Assembly (NCBI GenBank): GCA_963699545.1
Contig: CAVOUE010000003.1
Span: 512,001-576,000 of the forward strand
Direction of reading: 5' to 3'
DNA: 64,000 nt
Source: Nitrospirota bacterium
GTDB lineage: Bacteria; Nitrospirota; Thermodesulfovibrionia; Thermodesulfovibrionales; UBA9159
Position numbers and translations under genes: made by a program. Shown here in pieces: positions 33,267 to 45,401 of the stretch; the stretch's first letter is position 1; every line of letters begins with the position of its first letter. The notes under the pieces are model-generated. The model did no database searches, was not told the DNA's origin, and saw only the letters and a list, made by a program, of their open reading frames with translations.

Positions 33267-34623
33267 ATGATATACAACGATACAATTAATTACCTCTACC
33301 GCCTTCAGAAACACGGCATCAAGCTGGGGCTGGATAATACCAATAGGCTTTTGTCCCTCCTTGGCAATCCCCAGAACTCCTTTCGAGCGATCCACATCGC
33401 CGGCACCAATGGCAAGGGCTCCACTTCTGCCATGATAGCGTCTGTTTTGAAGACCGCCGGCTATAAGGTGGGCCTTTTCACGTTCTCCGCATCTCGTCAG
33501 CTTCACAGAGAGAATAAGGGTGGACAATGTCGAGATAGAAGAGGAAGAGGTCGTGGAGCTGACGAAGGAAATAAGAGAGGTCATTGAAAGCGACCAGGGA
33601 TCAGCGGCCGCCGATCAGCGGTCTTTTCTTCCCACGTTCTTCGAGTTCGTCACCGCGATGGGATTTCTTTACTTCAAGAGAAAGGGGGTTGAATGGGGAG
33701 TGGTCGAGACAGGCATGGGGGGAAGGCTTGATGCCACGAACGTCCTTGTCCCTGAAGTGACCGTGGTAACAAACATCAGTTACGATCACAGGGAGTTCCT
33801 TGGCGAGACGTTGAAAGAGATCGCCGGAGAAAAGGCAGGGATAATAAAGAAGGGCATTCCTGTGGTCTCTTCAGCCCAGGAGCCTGGCGCCATGGAAGCG
33901 GTCAGCGGGAAGGCTGCAGAGCAGGGGACCGAACTTTTTGTCTATGGGGAAGACTTTATCTCACGCCCGAAGCACATGGATATGTATGGCATCACCTTTG
34001 ACTATGAAGGGAAGGAAAGGATGGCAGACCTTTATGTGCCTCTTTGTGGAATGCATCAACTGGAGAACGCATCAGTCGCCGTAAAGGCCTTGGAACTCTT
34101 GAGAGAAAAAGAATCTGTTCCGCCTCACTGTGTCAGGGAAGGGCTGGCTCGTACGAGATGGCAGGGGAGGCTGGAGCTCATCAGGAACGAGGAGTGCAAC
34201 TACGACTTTCTCATCGATGGCGCTCATAACCCCAATGCATCAAGGGCCCTTGCCGTCTCCCTGGAACGGTATTTTATTTCTCCCTATCAAACGATCATTC
34301 TCATTCTTGGAATAATGGCTGACAAAGATGCGGAAGGGATAATGAAGCCCCTTTTGCCCCTTGCATCAGAGATAATCTTTACCGCTCCTGCTTATGAAAG
34401 GGCTGCCCCTCCTCAAAAGCTCTCTGAATATGCGGGGAGTCTCGGGTTTCGATCGAGAATCGCGGAGCCGGTGAAGGCCTCTATCGAGCTTGCGAAAGGA
34501 ATGGCGGGAGAAAGCACCGGGAAGGCCCTTATCGTTATTACCGGTTCCTTTTATACTGTCGGCGAAGCAAAATTGCATCTTGGAGAAGAATGTCATTCGC
34601 CTTCCCTGGCGAGGCTGAGATGA
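33267..34623 (+). CDS. folC: folylpolyglutamate synthase/dihydrofolate synthase (one frameshift)
   Basis: HIAGTNGKGS, TFFE, ETGMGGRLDATN, DGAHNP, ITGSFY. Confidence 0.92.
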
Positions 34624-36629
34624 CCACAAGAATAACGTTCAACGTTGTGGTTTTTGCTCTCTGCTCTCTGTTCTTTGCTCTTTGCCTCCACTTCCTGGCT
34701 ACTCCCTCTTTTGGAGCCGAGAGCACGACGATCGATTCAGACAGCCTTGACTACGACGGTGAGACATCTACCTACACCGCAAAGGGCCACGTGAAGATCA
34801 GGAAGGGTACGACAACGGTCGATGCCGATGAAATGATATATAACGACGAGACCTCAGAACTCAATGCTGAGGGCAATGTCGTCTATGGGGACTCTGATGT
34901 GAGGATCAAGGCGAAGAAGGCTGATTTGAACCTTGAAGACAAAACCGGGACACTTTACGAAGCAGAGGTTTTTTCGAAGAAGGACAATTTTCATGTCAAT
35001 GGTGTCGAAATTGAGAAGACAGGGGAAAAGCAATACAAGCTGAGAAACGCATCATTCACCACCTGCGACGCACCCTTGCCTGCCTGGTGCTTCAGGGGCT
35101 CCGATGTCGATCTTATTATGGGTGACAGGCTGAAGGCCAGGAATGTGACATTCGATATAAAAGGTCAGCCGGTATTTTATTCCCCCTATATCTCGGCCGG
35201 CCTGGGCAAAGAAAGAAAGACGGGTTTCTTGATCCCCACTGCAGGGTTTGTGAAAGGGAAGGGCATTCACTATGAGCAGCCTTTTTTCTGGGCCATCTCT
35301 GACACCAAAGATGCCACCCTGATCTTTGATACTTTCACCAAGAGGGGTGTGGGTGAGGGACTTGAATACCGTTTTGTTGAGCCTGATGGCTCCAAGGGCA
35401 CCCTCTGGACGTATCACCTCAGGGATAACGAACTGAGCAAGGATTTCTGGGATATCAGAGGGACTTATGACAGGGACCGTGACGCCAGGATCACCGCTTA
35501 TCTTGACATCAACTATATAAACTCAAGTCAGTTCTACCAGGAATACGACCCCTTTCTTATGAGCAGGGGCAAGAAGTTCATGGACCCGGCATCGTATCTG
35601 ACCGTCAGTACAGGGAGATTCCTCGAATCCACGGGAGAGCTTTCCACGAGGTTTGACAACTCAAGACTTTTTCTGGCGTCCCAGTACCTCGTGGATCTGA
35701 AAGTGGGGGTAGACCAATCTACCATTGTGCAAATGCTCCCTGAATTGGGATATTTCATAAACCCCCGGAATGTAGGTCCGGTGGTTTTCTCCTTCTCTTC
35801 AACCCTTTCGAACTTCTGGAGGGAGAACGGCACTTTGGGACAGAGGCTTGATCTCTACCCGAGGTTCTCCTATGCTTTCGGAAGTGATCTTATTGTCAAT
35901 CAGTCACTCGGGCTGCGGGGAACCGCATATTCCCTGTCGGATAGTGGTGACTTTGGCAGATCACCACACAGGGAAAGCCTTGACTATACTGTTTCGGCCC
36001 AGACAAGGCTGACGAGAAGATACGATTCGTTCATACATATCCTGGAACCCTCTCTGGGGTATACGTTCATTCCTGACGCTGAATCGAACCTGCCCCTCAT
36101 CGACTCCACCGAGCTTTACACAAAAACCTCGACGATCTCGGCTTCTCTCCTGAACAGGTTCCTAGACAGCCAGGGAGAGTTCTTGACCGTAAGGATAACC
36201 CAGCCCTTTGATTCATACCAGGGAGATCGTCCCTTCCTTCCCCTGAAGATGCAGGCGGCTCTCCACAGACCCGTGGCTCTCCGGGGAGAGGTATCCTACG
36301 ATGTGAACACAGGGAGGGTTGAGGCGGTCAATTCAGACGTCTCTTTCACTTTGCCTTCCCAAATGACCCTCAACCTGGGGGAAAGGTACAACAGGACCGG
36401 GGATATACTCTTTTATACGGTGGGGATGAATTACTCTTTCTCGAAAGAAATATCGGCACAGACAAATTTCTGGTATGATGCGAAGAGCGGCGACCTCAAC
36501 GATCTTATGGCAAAAGTGACATACCAGAAGCAGTGCTGGGGTGTGAGCATGGTCTTCACCAAGAGGCCGCAAGACTACAGCATATCCGTGCTTTTTGACC
36601 TCCTCGGCCTCGGCACAATAAAACTATGA
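34620..36629 (+). CDS. lptD: LPS-assembly protein LptD
   Basis: Signal peptide, OstA-like N-domain, ASFTTC, RKTGFLIP, beta-barrel ending QCW...LLGLG. Confidence 0.85.
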   Translation: MTTRITFNVVVFALCSLFFALCLHFLATPSFGAESTTIDSDSLDYDGETSTYTAKGHVKIRKGTTTVDADEMIYNDETSELNAEGNVVYGDSDVRIKAKKADLNLEDKTGTLYEAEVFSKKDNFHVNGVEIEKTGEKQYKLRNASFTTCDAPLPAWCFRGSDVDLIMGDRLKARNVTFDIKGQPVFYSPYISAGLGKERKTGFLIPTAGFVKGKGIHYEQPFFWAISDTKDATLIFDTFTKRGVGEGLEYRFVEPDGSKGTLWTYHLRDNELSKDFWDIRGTYDRDRDARITAYLDINYINSSQFYQEYDPFLMSRGKKFMDPASYLTVSTGRFLESTGELSTRFDNSRLFLASQYLVDLKVGVDQSTIVQMLPELGYFINPRNVGPVVFSFSSTLSNFWRENGTLGQRLDLYPRFSYAFGSDLIVNQSLGLRGTAYSLSDSGDFGRSPHRESLDYTVSAQTRLTRRYDSFIHILEPSLGYTFIPDAESNLPLIDSTELYTKTSTISASLLNRFLDSQGEFLTVRITQPFDSYQGDRPFLPLKMQAALHRPVALRGEVSYDVNTGRVEAVNSDVSFTLPSQMTLNLGERYNRTGDILFYTVGMNYSFSKEISAQTNFWYDAKSGDLNDLMAKVTYQKQCWGVSMVFTKRPQDYSISVLFDLLGLGTIKL

Positions 36630-37157
36630 TTTTGACTGGAGCTCGCTGATCAGACTCTCCACTTTCTGCACCGTCTCGGGAATAAACGTCCTGTCAGCTT
36701 CTATGAGGAGCTCCGGGTTCAGGGGCTCTTCGTAGGGTGCAGAGATGCCGGGAACAGGCCATCCGGCCTCTCCTTTCTTATAGATGTCCCTGGGTGCCCC
36801 GTGGGTCTGAAGGCGTTCCCTTTCCCTCAGCATGCAGAGCTCGACGGGACACTTCAGGTAGACCTCTCCATATTTTGGAATGTGCTGCCTTGCCAGAGCC
36901 CTCCACTTTCTGAGATTCCCCGTGGCGTCGATCATCACGTTGTGGCCGTTTTCTACCAGAGCGGAGGCAGTGTATACAAGACACCGGTACACGATATCCC
37001 TTTCTTCTTCAGAATAGGTCGGTTCGGGGGTAACGATCTTTCTGATATCGTCCATTCGGAGAACGATAAAATCCGGATGGCGCCTTTTTATCTCTTCCGC
37101 AATGGTGCTCTTCCCGCTTCCCGGCATGCCGGTCAACCAGATTGCAAGAGGAATCAT
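36624..37157 (-). CDS. adenylylsulfate-kinase-like P-loop kinase
   Basis: WLTGMPGSGKSTIA, EVYLKCP, PGISAPYEEP. Confidence 0.8.
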   Translation of the reverse strand: MIPLAIWLTGMPGSGKSTIAEEIKRRHPDFIVLRMDDIRKIVTPEPTYSEEERDIVYRCLVYTASALVENGHNVMIDATGNLRKWRALARQHIPKYGEVYLKCPVELCMLRERERLQTHGAPRDIYKKGEAGWPVPGISAPYEEPLNPELLIEADRTFIPETVQKVESLISELQSKS

Positions 37158-37251
37158 ACTTGAAGTTTATCACAAGAAAGGGGATGTTGTGGGAGTGGGA
37201 TCCGCCCGAACCGAGGCAAGGTACAAGAGCAGCTTCAGATCGTTGAAAGAC

Positions 37252-38805
37252 TCAGAGCAATATCTGGTTTTCCTTAGACCTTGACTCGCCGACGCTGGTC
37301 ACGTAGATCGCGGGCTGGCCGACCACCGGACATTTTGTCTCGCATATGCCGCACCCGATGCAGAGCTCAAGATCAACCCTGGGCTGTTTCACGACCTTCT
37401 CTTTCCCCCTCCTGTCCTTTACCTTCGCCTCCTCAAACCATATGGCCTTCTTCGGGGTGGGACAAACCTCTTCACATACTATACACGGCGTTGCATGGGC
37501 GTAAGGCAGGCATCTCCCCTTGTCGATCATCGCCAGTCCTATCTTCACCTTTGTCTTGTCCTTTAGCTCAAGCTTTTTGATAGCGCCTGTGGGGCAGACC
37601 TGGCCGCAGAGGGTGCAGCGGTACTCGCAGTATCCCATCCTCGGAACGAGCACGGGCGACCATATCCCTTCAATGCCCGCTTCAAGGAGCGTCGGCTGAA
37701 GTCCGTTGGTAATACATACCTTCATGCACTCACCGCATTTGACGCATCTCCTGAGGAATGCGTTCTCTTCGAGGGAGCCCGGCGGCCTTATTAATTGCGG
37801 GTTCGAAAAGCCCGGTTTGGAAAGGGGGACAGATTTCAGAAGGGGAACGGCAATGATTCCTGAGAGAGCAGCGGTGATGACCCTCCTTCGCCCCAGATCC
37901 ATAGATGCGGCGGCTTTCTTCTGAGAAAATCCGAAACTCACAGCATTCTGGGGACAGACGTCATCACAGTTCCAACAATAGAGACATTCGGTGTCTCTCC
38001 ATTCCCCTTTCCTGTCAGGCGATGCCTTTCCCTGACAGACCGGGGCACACGCCCCGCATGAGGTGCACCCTTCGCTCACTGACCTCTTCAAGAGAGAGAA
38101 TCTCGAAAGAATACCGAGAAGGGCCCCAAGGGGACAGAGATATCTGCACCAGAAACGCCTTTCCACAAGGTTCAGCGCCAGGATACCAAAAAAGAGGATC
38201 CCGATGAATATGCTCTGCCTGTAAAAGGGCTGCTGGAAGGAGAGGACGCTCTTTTTCAGTAAGGCGTAGAGGGATTCTGAAACGTCCACGACACCCCGGA
38301 TATTGAGGTCGTAAAGGGAGTCAAAGAAAGCCCTGACGCCGTAATTAAAGAGCGGAGATACACTAACCGAGAATGACCGGATGAGCAGGGACAGGGGATC
38401 CATTATGCCCACCAGTTGGAGCGTAAAGAGAGAGGACAAGAGGATGAATATCAGCACATAATACTTTGCCCTGTACCAGTTTTCGCTCATCCCGGCAAGG
38501 CGCACTTTTTTCAGCGCGCCGATCATATTATGGAGAGTGCCCAGGGGACAAGCCCATCCGCAAAATACCCTTCCCAGAAGCACCGTGGCAATAACAAGGG
38601 CGATGGAGAGATAAAAAGCCTTTGCAGCGGCATGGGCGGAAAGGATAGTCGTGCTTAAGATGAGAGGATCAAAATCCAGGAATATCTTGACCGGATAACC
38701 GAGCGCATCATTTCCCTTTGACTCTGTCTGTACAAAGAGAAAAAGGAATATAAGTAAGAATATCCCCTGTGAAATCCTTCTAAAATTCTTCAGTGAGTAC
38801 TTCAG
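37252..38805 (-). CDS. membrane polyferredoxin (NapH/MauN-like fused to a NapG/MauM-like domain)
   Basis: GRVFCGWACPLG, RFWCRYLCPLG, IRPPG, many CxxCxxC motifs; the frame is open upstream of 38583 to about 38805. Confidence 0.85.
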   Translation of the reverse strand: MKYSLKNFRRISQGIFLLIFLFLFVQTESKGNDALGYPVKIFLDFDPLILSTTILSAHAAAKAFYLSIALVIATVLLGRVFCGWACPLGTLHNMIGALKKVRLAGMSENWYRAKYYVLIFILLSSLFTLQLVGIMDPLSLLIRSFSVSVSPLFNYGVRAFFDSLYDLNIRGVVDVSESLYALLKKSVLSFQQPFYRQSIFIGILFFGILALNLVERRFWCRYLCPLGALLGILSRFSLLKRSVSEGCTSCGACAPVCQGKASPDRKGEWRDTECLYCWNCDDVCPQNAVSFGFSQKKAAASMDLGRRRVITAALSGIIAVPLLKSVPLSKPGFSNPQLIRPPGSLEENAFLRRCVKCGECMKVCITNGLQPTLLEAGIEGIWSPVLVPRMGYCEYRCTLCGQVCPTGAIKKLELKDKTKVKIGLAMIDKGRCLPYAHATPCIVCEEVCPTPKKAIWFEEAKVKDRRGKEKVVKQPRVDLELCIGCGICETKCPVVGQPAIYVTSVGESRSKENQILL

Positions 38806-39701
38806 ACGTTTATCTTCCTGACCTTCAGTTTCGTGAGGTCCATGACACCGAGACCCATTTTGTCACCTGTCTTCACAAACCCGAGGTCGCTCCCCTTCAT
38901 CCCGAAAAGGGTGGCGCCGTATGAGTCCACCGCCACCTGATCGATCCCGACGACCACGGTGTCCGTCTTCTTTACGTCCTTCAGGTCCCCGCCCTGGGGG
39001 CCATTGGCAGTGAGGATCCGGACTGCATCAAGGACAGTGAGAGTGGGCTTGATGACCAAGCTGAGGTCAACAAGGCTTTCATTCAGCCGCTGGTGGATGC
39101 TGTTCCTTCTTCCTCCCATTATCCCCATCCAGTTCTTCATCGCCATGGTGAGGATGGAGAGGCTGTGATGTTTTGCGATGGGGATGTTGATAACCTTGTC
39201 TGCTTCGAATATCTCGGCATACAGGGGCCATGTCTTAAGGGCCTCTCCATTGATCTTTATCTCCTTGAATTTTCTTTCGTCGACATAACTGACCTCTGCA
39301 CCCAAAGCAGATGCTGCCGGCGCAATGCCGCTCTGAACGTAACACCGCCTGGGGTCGTTCACCGGCCGGTCAAATACCTTTACCTTCTTGGCCCCTGCCT
39401 CGAAGCAGAGCTTTACTACCGTTGCCACTACGTCAGGGTTGGTATTGGCTGCCTGCTCCGGAAGCCTGTCCCACCCCATGTTCGGTTTTATCACCACCAC
39501 GTCGCCCCTGGAGATGAATCGCTTCATGCCTCCCATGACGTCAATGGCAGCCCTGGTGATCATTGCAGGAGAAGGGCCATGAGCCACCGCCAGGTCGATC
39601 TTCTCATAAGCCTCTGCAAAAGGAATAAGCCCGTCCATTCGTGTAACCGAAAGCCCGAGACCGCTCATTGCGGCCAGTTTCAAGAACTCTCTCCGGTCCA
39701 T
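38802..39701 (-). CDS. DUF362-domain protein with Tat-like signal
   Basis: MDRREFLK, VVIKPN, NTNP, IPIAKHH, MKNWMG. Confidence 0.88.
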   Translation of the reverse strand: MDRREFLKLAAMSGLGLSVTRMDGLIPFAEAYEKIDLAVAHGPSPAMITRAAIDVMGGMKRFISRGDVVVIKPNMGWDRLPEQAANTNPDVVATVVKLCFEAGAKKVKVFDRPVNDPRRCYVQSGIAPAASALGAEVSYVDERKFKEIKINGEALKTWPLYAEIFEADKVINIPIAKHHSLSILTMAMKNWMGIMGGRRNSIHQRLNESLVDLSLVIKPTLTVLDAVRILTANGPQGGDLKDVKKTDTVVVGIDQVAVDSYGATLFGMKGSDLGFVKTGDKMGLGVMDLTKLKVRKINV

Positions 39702-40013
39702 ATCGATCCTTTTCCTTCACTGTTCCGGATGATCTGCCGGGACGTATTCGGTAATTTCCCCGATAATAAGTACCGCAGCATCCGTAAAGTGCACAGATTC
39801 CCCTTCTTGTATATTAAGAGATAAAAGGGGACACTTGTCAATCCAGGCTGTGGCGGATGCTTTCTCTCTCCCGGGATATCGTGAAAAAATGTGCTTGTGG
39901 GACGCCGCCCCTTTATCCGTTCATGGACCAGCATCATTGGCTAGGTGAAGCGGGAGTGTCTGAAAATCTGGTAAAATAATAGAAAGATGAAAAGCGGGGG
40001 ATACGGTTGAAGA

Positions 40014-40328
40014 ATGAGCAGGGATGGGTCAAAGACAGAGGGAGATGTTGAGGTAAGGACGAGGCGGGAAGTGAAGAGCCCTGCACTATACAGGGTTCTT
40101 CTCCTGAACGATGACTATACCTCCATGGATTTTGTGGTCCGGGTTCTGGAGATCGTTTTTCACAAGCCGCCTGCAGAGGCAACACAGATCATGCTCAATG
40201 TCCATAAAAAGGGCGCCGGGGTGTGCGGGGTGTATACCCGGGACATTGCAGAGACCAAGGTTTCAACGGTGCATGAGCTTGCCCGCGGGAAGGGATTCCC
40301 CCTCATGTGCATCATGGAGAAAGAATGA
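40014..40328 (+). CDS. clpS: ClpS adaptor
   Basis: YRVLLLNDDYTSMDFVV, MLNVHKKG, AETKV. Confidence 0.95.
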   Translation: MSRDGSKTEGDVEVRTRREVKSPALYRVLLLNDDYTSMDFVVRVLEIVFHKPPAEATQIMLNVHKKGAGVCGVYTRDIAETKVSTVHELARGKGFPLMCIMEKE

Positions 40329-42581
40329 TCGGTAAGGAACTGGAATTAACATTGGAGGCCACGGTGCGGGATGCAAGGGCGCGCAACCACGAGTATCTCA
40401 CGGTGGAACATATTCTCTTCGCTGTTGTCCACGACGAACTGGGCGTGGAGATCATTACCCGTTGTGGGGGAAGTGTCTCACAAGTCAAGTCTTCCCTCGA
40501 GGGAATTTTTTGTGCGGAACATTCCGACGGTGAATACTGATCCGGCCACATACCCGCAGCCGACCATCGGCTTTCATCGCGTCCTTCAGAGAGCCCTGAA
40601 CCACGTGCAGTCGGCGGAGAAGGAGGAGGCGGATGCCGGAGATGTTCTTGCGGCCATCTTTTATGAGGAAGATTCCCATGCCGTGCATGCGCTCCGTGCA
40701 CAAGGGATCACGCGACTGGATGTCTTGAATTATATCGCTCACGGGATGACAAAGAAACCTGACGAAGGCGGGGCGGAAGAACAGGATGAGAGGCAAGCCT
40801 TTCATCCTGACGGGGAAGAGAAACCGATGGATGATCCCCTGAAGATTTTTGCCGTGGATTTGACGGAGAAGGCGGCACAGGGTGGGATCGATCCTCTGGT
40901 GGGCCGGGAAGGAGAGTTGAAGAGGACCACCCAGGTGCTGAGCAGAAGGAGAAAGAACAATATTGTATTTGTCGGAGAACCGGGAGTGGGGAAGACCGCT
41001 GTTGTGGAGGGGTTGGCCTTAAGGATCCATGGGGGCCTTGTCCCAGACGTGCTGAGAGGGACCAGGATTTTTGCGCTCGATATGGGCGGGCTGCTGGCGG
41101 GGACCAAGTATAGAGGGGACTTTGAAGCTCGCCTGAAGTCAACGATAAAGGGCATCGAAAAGATCCCCGGAGCCATTCTCTTCATCGATGAAATTCACAC
41201 CATTGTGGGAGCGGGTGCGACCAGCGGCGGCTCGCTTGACGCGTCCAATATCTTAAAGCCTGCACTTATTTCGGGAAGGTTGAGATGTATCGGTGCTACG
41301 ACGTACGAGGAGTATAAGAATTATTTTGAAAAGGACAGGGCTCTTTCGCGCCGTTTTCAGAAGATAGAGATCCGGGAGCCCGGCATGGAAGAGACCATCT
41401 CTATCCTGAAAGGGTTGAAGCAATATTATGAAGACTTCCACAGGGTGAGATACACTGACGCCGCCTTGAGGTCTGCGGCAGAGCTCTCCGCAAAATATAT
41501 CAACGACAAGTATCTACCGGATAAGGCCATCGATGTTGTTGACGAGGCGGGGGCATCATTGAAACTCTCTTCCTCCTACACGAGAAAGAAGGTGATCGGT
41601 CCGCGAGAGATCGAAAAGGTGGTCGCGCGGATGGCAAATATCCCATCAAGGACCATCTCCACGTCTGACATGGACAAGCTCAGGGCTCTTGAAGATGAAC
41701 TGAAACGTGTAGTCTTCGGCCAGGACGACGCCATCATCTCACTGGTCTCGTCCATCAAGAGGGCACGATCCGGACTCGGACTTCCGGACAGGCCCATAGG
41801 CTCTTTCCTTTTTACCGGACCCACAGGGGTGGGAAAGACCGAGATATCAAAGCAGATGGCTGCTGTTCTCGGTATCCAGTTCACCCGCTTTGATATGAGC
41901 GAGTACATGGAGAAACACGCTGTTGCACGATTAATAGGGGCGCCGCCCGGGTATGTAGGCTTTGATCAGGGGGGATTATTGACCGATGCTATCCGGAAAC
42001 ATCCGTACAGCATCCTCCTGTTGGACGAGATCGAGAAGGCACATCCTGATATCTTCAGCATTCTCCTTCAGGTGATGGATTATGCCACCCTCACCGACAA
42101 TAGCGGGAGGAAGGCGGATTTCCGCAATGTGATCCTTGTCATGACCTCCAATGCCGCTTCACAGGAGATGGACAGGGATGTCATCGGGTTCGGGGACAGG
42201 AGCATGGATGTCCATGCAAAGGGGAAAACGGAGATTAACAAGCTGTTCAGCCCTGAGTTCAGGAACCGCCTCGATGCCGTTATCACCTTCAGGCCGTTGA
42301 CCCCGGAGATCGTCAAGAAGATAGTGGACAAGTTCGTTATAGAACTGGAAAGTCAGCTTCACGGGAAAAAAGTCAGGATGGTCATCTCCGGTGATGCAAG
42401 GAACTGGCTTGCGGGGAAGGGGTTCGATCCCCGCTATGGAGCGCGGCCTCTGGGAAGGCTCATCCAGACTGAGATTAAGGATGTGTTGTCAGAGGAGATC
42501 CTTTTCGGGAAGCTCGCGAAGGGCGGCCAGGTCCGTATCGATCTGGAGATCGATCACTTAAAGTTCGAGTATGGTGATTGA
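40325..42581 (+). CDS. clpA: ClpA ATP-binding subunit (frameshift near 40505)
   Basis: HEYLTVEH, GEPGVGKT, GTKYRGDFE, GPTGVGKTE, DMSEYME. Confidence 0.93.
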
Positions 42582-42616
42582 GTCCTGTTGTTGCATCTTT
42601 CCGATGACTGCGGCCA

Positions 42617-43339
42617 ATGACTTCGCGACTGAATGACCGGTCTATGCCTGTCTACAGACTGACGGATGAAATCATTTTCCCTCCTCCTGAATATGCCGAT
42701 GAGGACGGCCTTCTGGCAGTGGGAGGGGATCTCAGTGAAGAACGTCTCCTGCGTGCCTATGCCATGGGCATCTTCCCGTGGTATTCAGAGGATTCCCCGA
42801 TCCTGTGGTGGTCTCCTGATCCCCGCCTTATTCTCATTCCGCAGGAGGTGAGGGTATCGAGAAGTCTGAGGCAGACCATCAAGAAAGGGACGTATGAGGT
42901 GACAATGGACAGGGCCTTTGACCGGGTCGTGAGAAGCTGCGCTGAAGTGCACAGGAAAGACGACGGAAGGACATGGATCACTCAGGATATGTTTGACGCT
43001 TATCGCAGGCTCCATGGTTCAGGGGTTGCCCATTCAGTGGAAAGTTGGTACAAGGGAGAACTGGCGGGAGGGCTTTACGGGGTTGCCCTGGGAGGAGCAT
43101 TTTTCGGGGAGTCCATGTTCGCAAGGAGGACCGATGCGTCAAAGGTTGCCTTTGTGAACCTCGTCCAGCATATCACTCAATGGGGTTTCGAGCTCATTGA
43201 CTGCCAGGTCACCACGAAACACCTTGTGAGTTTAGGCGCAACAAATGTCCCACGGACAAAATTTCTTGAGCTGCTCAAGCATGCGTTACGAAGGCCGACC
43301 CGGCGAGGTATTTGGAAGATCCCTCCCTCTGCCCACTGA
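42617..43339 (+). CDS. aat: leucyl/phenylalanyl-tRNA--protein transferase
   Basis: GLLAVGGDL, GIFPWY, WWSPDPR, FFGESMF, DASKVA. Confidence 0.95.
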   Translation: MTSRLNDRSMPVYRLTDEIIFPPPEYADEDGLLAVGGDLSEERLLRAYAMGIFPWYSEDSPILWWSPDPRLILIPQEVRVSRSLRQTIKKGTYEVTMDRAFDRVVRSCAEVHRKDDGRTWITQDMFDAYRRLHGSGVAHSVESWYKGELAGGLYGVALGGAFFGESMFARRTDASKVAFVNLVQHITQWGFELIDCQVTTKHLVSLGATNVPRTKFLELLKHALRRPTRRGIWKIPPSAH

Positions 43340-43400
43340 CTGAGTGAGAGAGAGGAGGGGGAAGAGATTCCTCAAAAACTTTTCGCTGCATTGAACGGCT

Positions 43401-45170
43401 TCACGCAGTGATGAACCCGTTCAACCACATGCTCTTTGCAGGATATTTCAGTTTCTTGATAGCCTTGACCTCAATCTGTCTGATCCGCTCCCGCGTGACA
43501 TCAAACTCCTCTCCGAGCTCTTCGAGGGTGTGGGGGGCATCTTCTCCTATTCCATACCTTAAGCGTATGATCCTCTGCTCCTTGGGACTGAGAGTGCAAA
43601 GAATCTGCTCAATGTGATGTTTGAGGTCGTCGTTCATGACGATATCGATGGGGGAAAGGGTTGTCCTGTCCTCGATAAAGTCCCTCAGGTGGATTTCCTC
43701 ATCCTCACCTGCAGGTGCTTCCAGGGACAAAGGTTCCTTTGATATTCTCAGGATAGCCCTGACCTTCTCCTCGGGGATATTCACCCGAACAGCAATCTCT
43801 TCTGAGCACGGCTCATATCCCAGCTCCTGCAAAAGCTCCCGTGAAGCTTTGACGATACGACTCCTCAGATCAATCAAGTGCACCGGGATCCGGATGGTCC
43901 GCGACTGATCGGCAAGGGCCCTGGTAATGGACTGCCTGATCCACCACGTGGCATAGGTGCTGAACTTGTATCCTCTCCGGTACTCGAACTTGTCCACAGC
44001 CCTCATCAGCCCGATGTTCCCCTCCTGGATGAGGTCAGGGAAACTGAGCCCCTTCCCGATATACCGCTTCGCGATGCTGATCACAAGCCTGAGATTGGCC
44101 TCGATCATCCCGCTTTTTGCAGCAGACATCTCTGTTTCTGCCTCTGAAAGGATCCCCATGACCTTCTTCATTTCGGCATAGCGGACGCCGACGGAGCGCT
44201 CGTAGTTCTTTATTTCAGCCATGGAGTTGCGGTATGACTTCATCGCTTCAATCCGGTTCGCATCGGCGATTCTCGATTTCCCCCTAGCTCTCCCCATGAC
44301 TTTCTCCGACGCTTTCTTTGGGAACGATTTTGCCGATCTCTGCCGACGCCCGCCGACGCTCCAGCCAAGGTCCAAAAGTGTTTTCTCAATACCTCTCATC
44401 TTCCGCAGAACATCTTCAATACGGTGCACGGTCTTCGCCAGTTCATCTGAAAATGTGTAAAGGACATCCTCTTTCAGACGTAAGGCCTTCACTCCTTCCA
44501 GGATCTTTTCTGTGTTGTTTTCGAGAAACCTGGTCGCCCGGGGGGCTGAGAACTTAAGAGCAGCGGCATTGTTCAGGAAAATTCTCTGCTTTTCCGGTCT
44601 GTCACCGTTCTTGCCGGCCTTTACCCCGGAAGAGCGGCCGCTTCCCGGTTGTTTTCCGGATAATTTCTTAAGGTAAGCGACCCTCCGGCGATAAAGGGAC
44701 CTGATACGCCCGATGAACAACAAAAATCTCCTTTTCTCATCTTCGGGGGTCTCTTCAGAGTCGCTCTCGGTCCGCGCAAACTCAGAAAGTGACGCCCCTC
44801 CGGCCCTGATCAGATTACCGTAACTGATCAGTTCCTCCAGTGCAAAGGGGAGAGCAAGGAGAGCCTTTGTGACCTTTTCTCTTCCCTTCTCGATCCGCCG
44901 CGCAAGTTCGACTTCGTCGTCTTTCTTTAGCAGAGGGAAGCCGCCCATCTCTTTGAGATACATTTTGACAGGATCATACTCGTCGCTGACAAAAGAGGGT
45001 TTTTCGCCTTCTCCCTGACCCTCCTCATGCAGACCGTTGCCTTCCTCCCAACGAAGCGCGGTATCCTCTGCGATGACCTCGTTGAAAGCCCCGGGGTGAT
45101 CGCCGTCAGCATACTCTCCAAGATACTGAAAATTCTCTATCCTCTGACTCACCGTGTCATATACATCCAT
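43401..45170 (-). CDS. RpoD-like sigma70 factor with a large non-conserved insert
   Basis: [52 protein letters not shown]. Confidence 0.92.
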   Translation of the reverse strand: MDVYDTVSQRIENFQYLGEYADGDHPGAFNEVIAEDTALRWEEGNGLHEEGQGEGEKPSFVSDEYDPVKMYLKEMGGFPLLKKDDEVELARRIEKGREKVTKALLALPFALEELISYGNLIRAGGASLSEFARTESDSEETPEDEKRRFLLFIGRIRSLYRRRVAYLKKLSGKQPGSGRSSGVKAGKNGDRPEKQRIFLNNAAALKFSAPRATRFLENNTEKILEGVKALRLKEDVLYTFSDELAKTVHRIEDVLRKMRGIEKTLLDLGWSVGGRRQRSAKSFPKKASEKVMGRARGKSRIADANRIEAMKSYRNSMAEIKNYERSVGVRYAEMKKVMGILSEAETEMSAAKSGMIEANLRLVISIAKRYIGKGLSFPDLIQEGNIGLMRAVDKFEYRRGYKFSTYATWWIRQSITRALADQSRTIRIPVHLIDLRSRIVKASRELLQELGYEPCSEEIAVRVNIPEEKVRAILRISKEPLSLEAPAGEDEEIHLRDFIEDRTTLSPIDIVMNDDLKHHIEQILCTLSPKEQRIIRLRYGIGEDAPHTLEELGEEFDVTRERIRQIEVKAIKKLKYPAKSMWLNGFITA

Positions 45171-45401
45171 TGGCCGTTCCCCTTTCTTTAAAAGAGAATT
45201 GTTCTCACCATAATTGTCGTAACAAGCGCATTTTTTACGAGGAAGAGTTGCTCAATGGATTAACTTTAGAGCAATTGAAAGAAAAGAGAAATCAGCGGAA
45301 GACTGATTTTCTTGTAAGAAAATACTTTTCCCCCTGTAAGTGTTTGTCCTACAACATCACTGGGAGGTGGCGAAACCTTGTGAGGCGGAACTCCATAGGA
45401 T

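Noticed and set aside
5326-33500. Mass pseudogenisation or programmed frameshifting of groESL, rhomboid, nuo genes and folC
   Set aside because: The breaks are small indels in essential, otherwise well-conserved genes, with no accumulation of nonsense codons or shared slippery motif. Uncorrected long-read errors explain them best.
39680-39937. Small ORF upstream of the DUF362 gene
   Set aside because: No recognisable motif or clear RBS; overlaps the probable divergent promoter region
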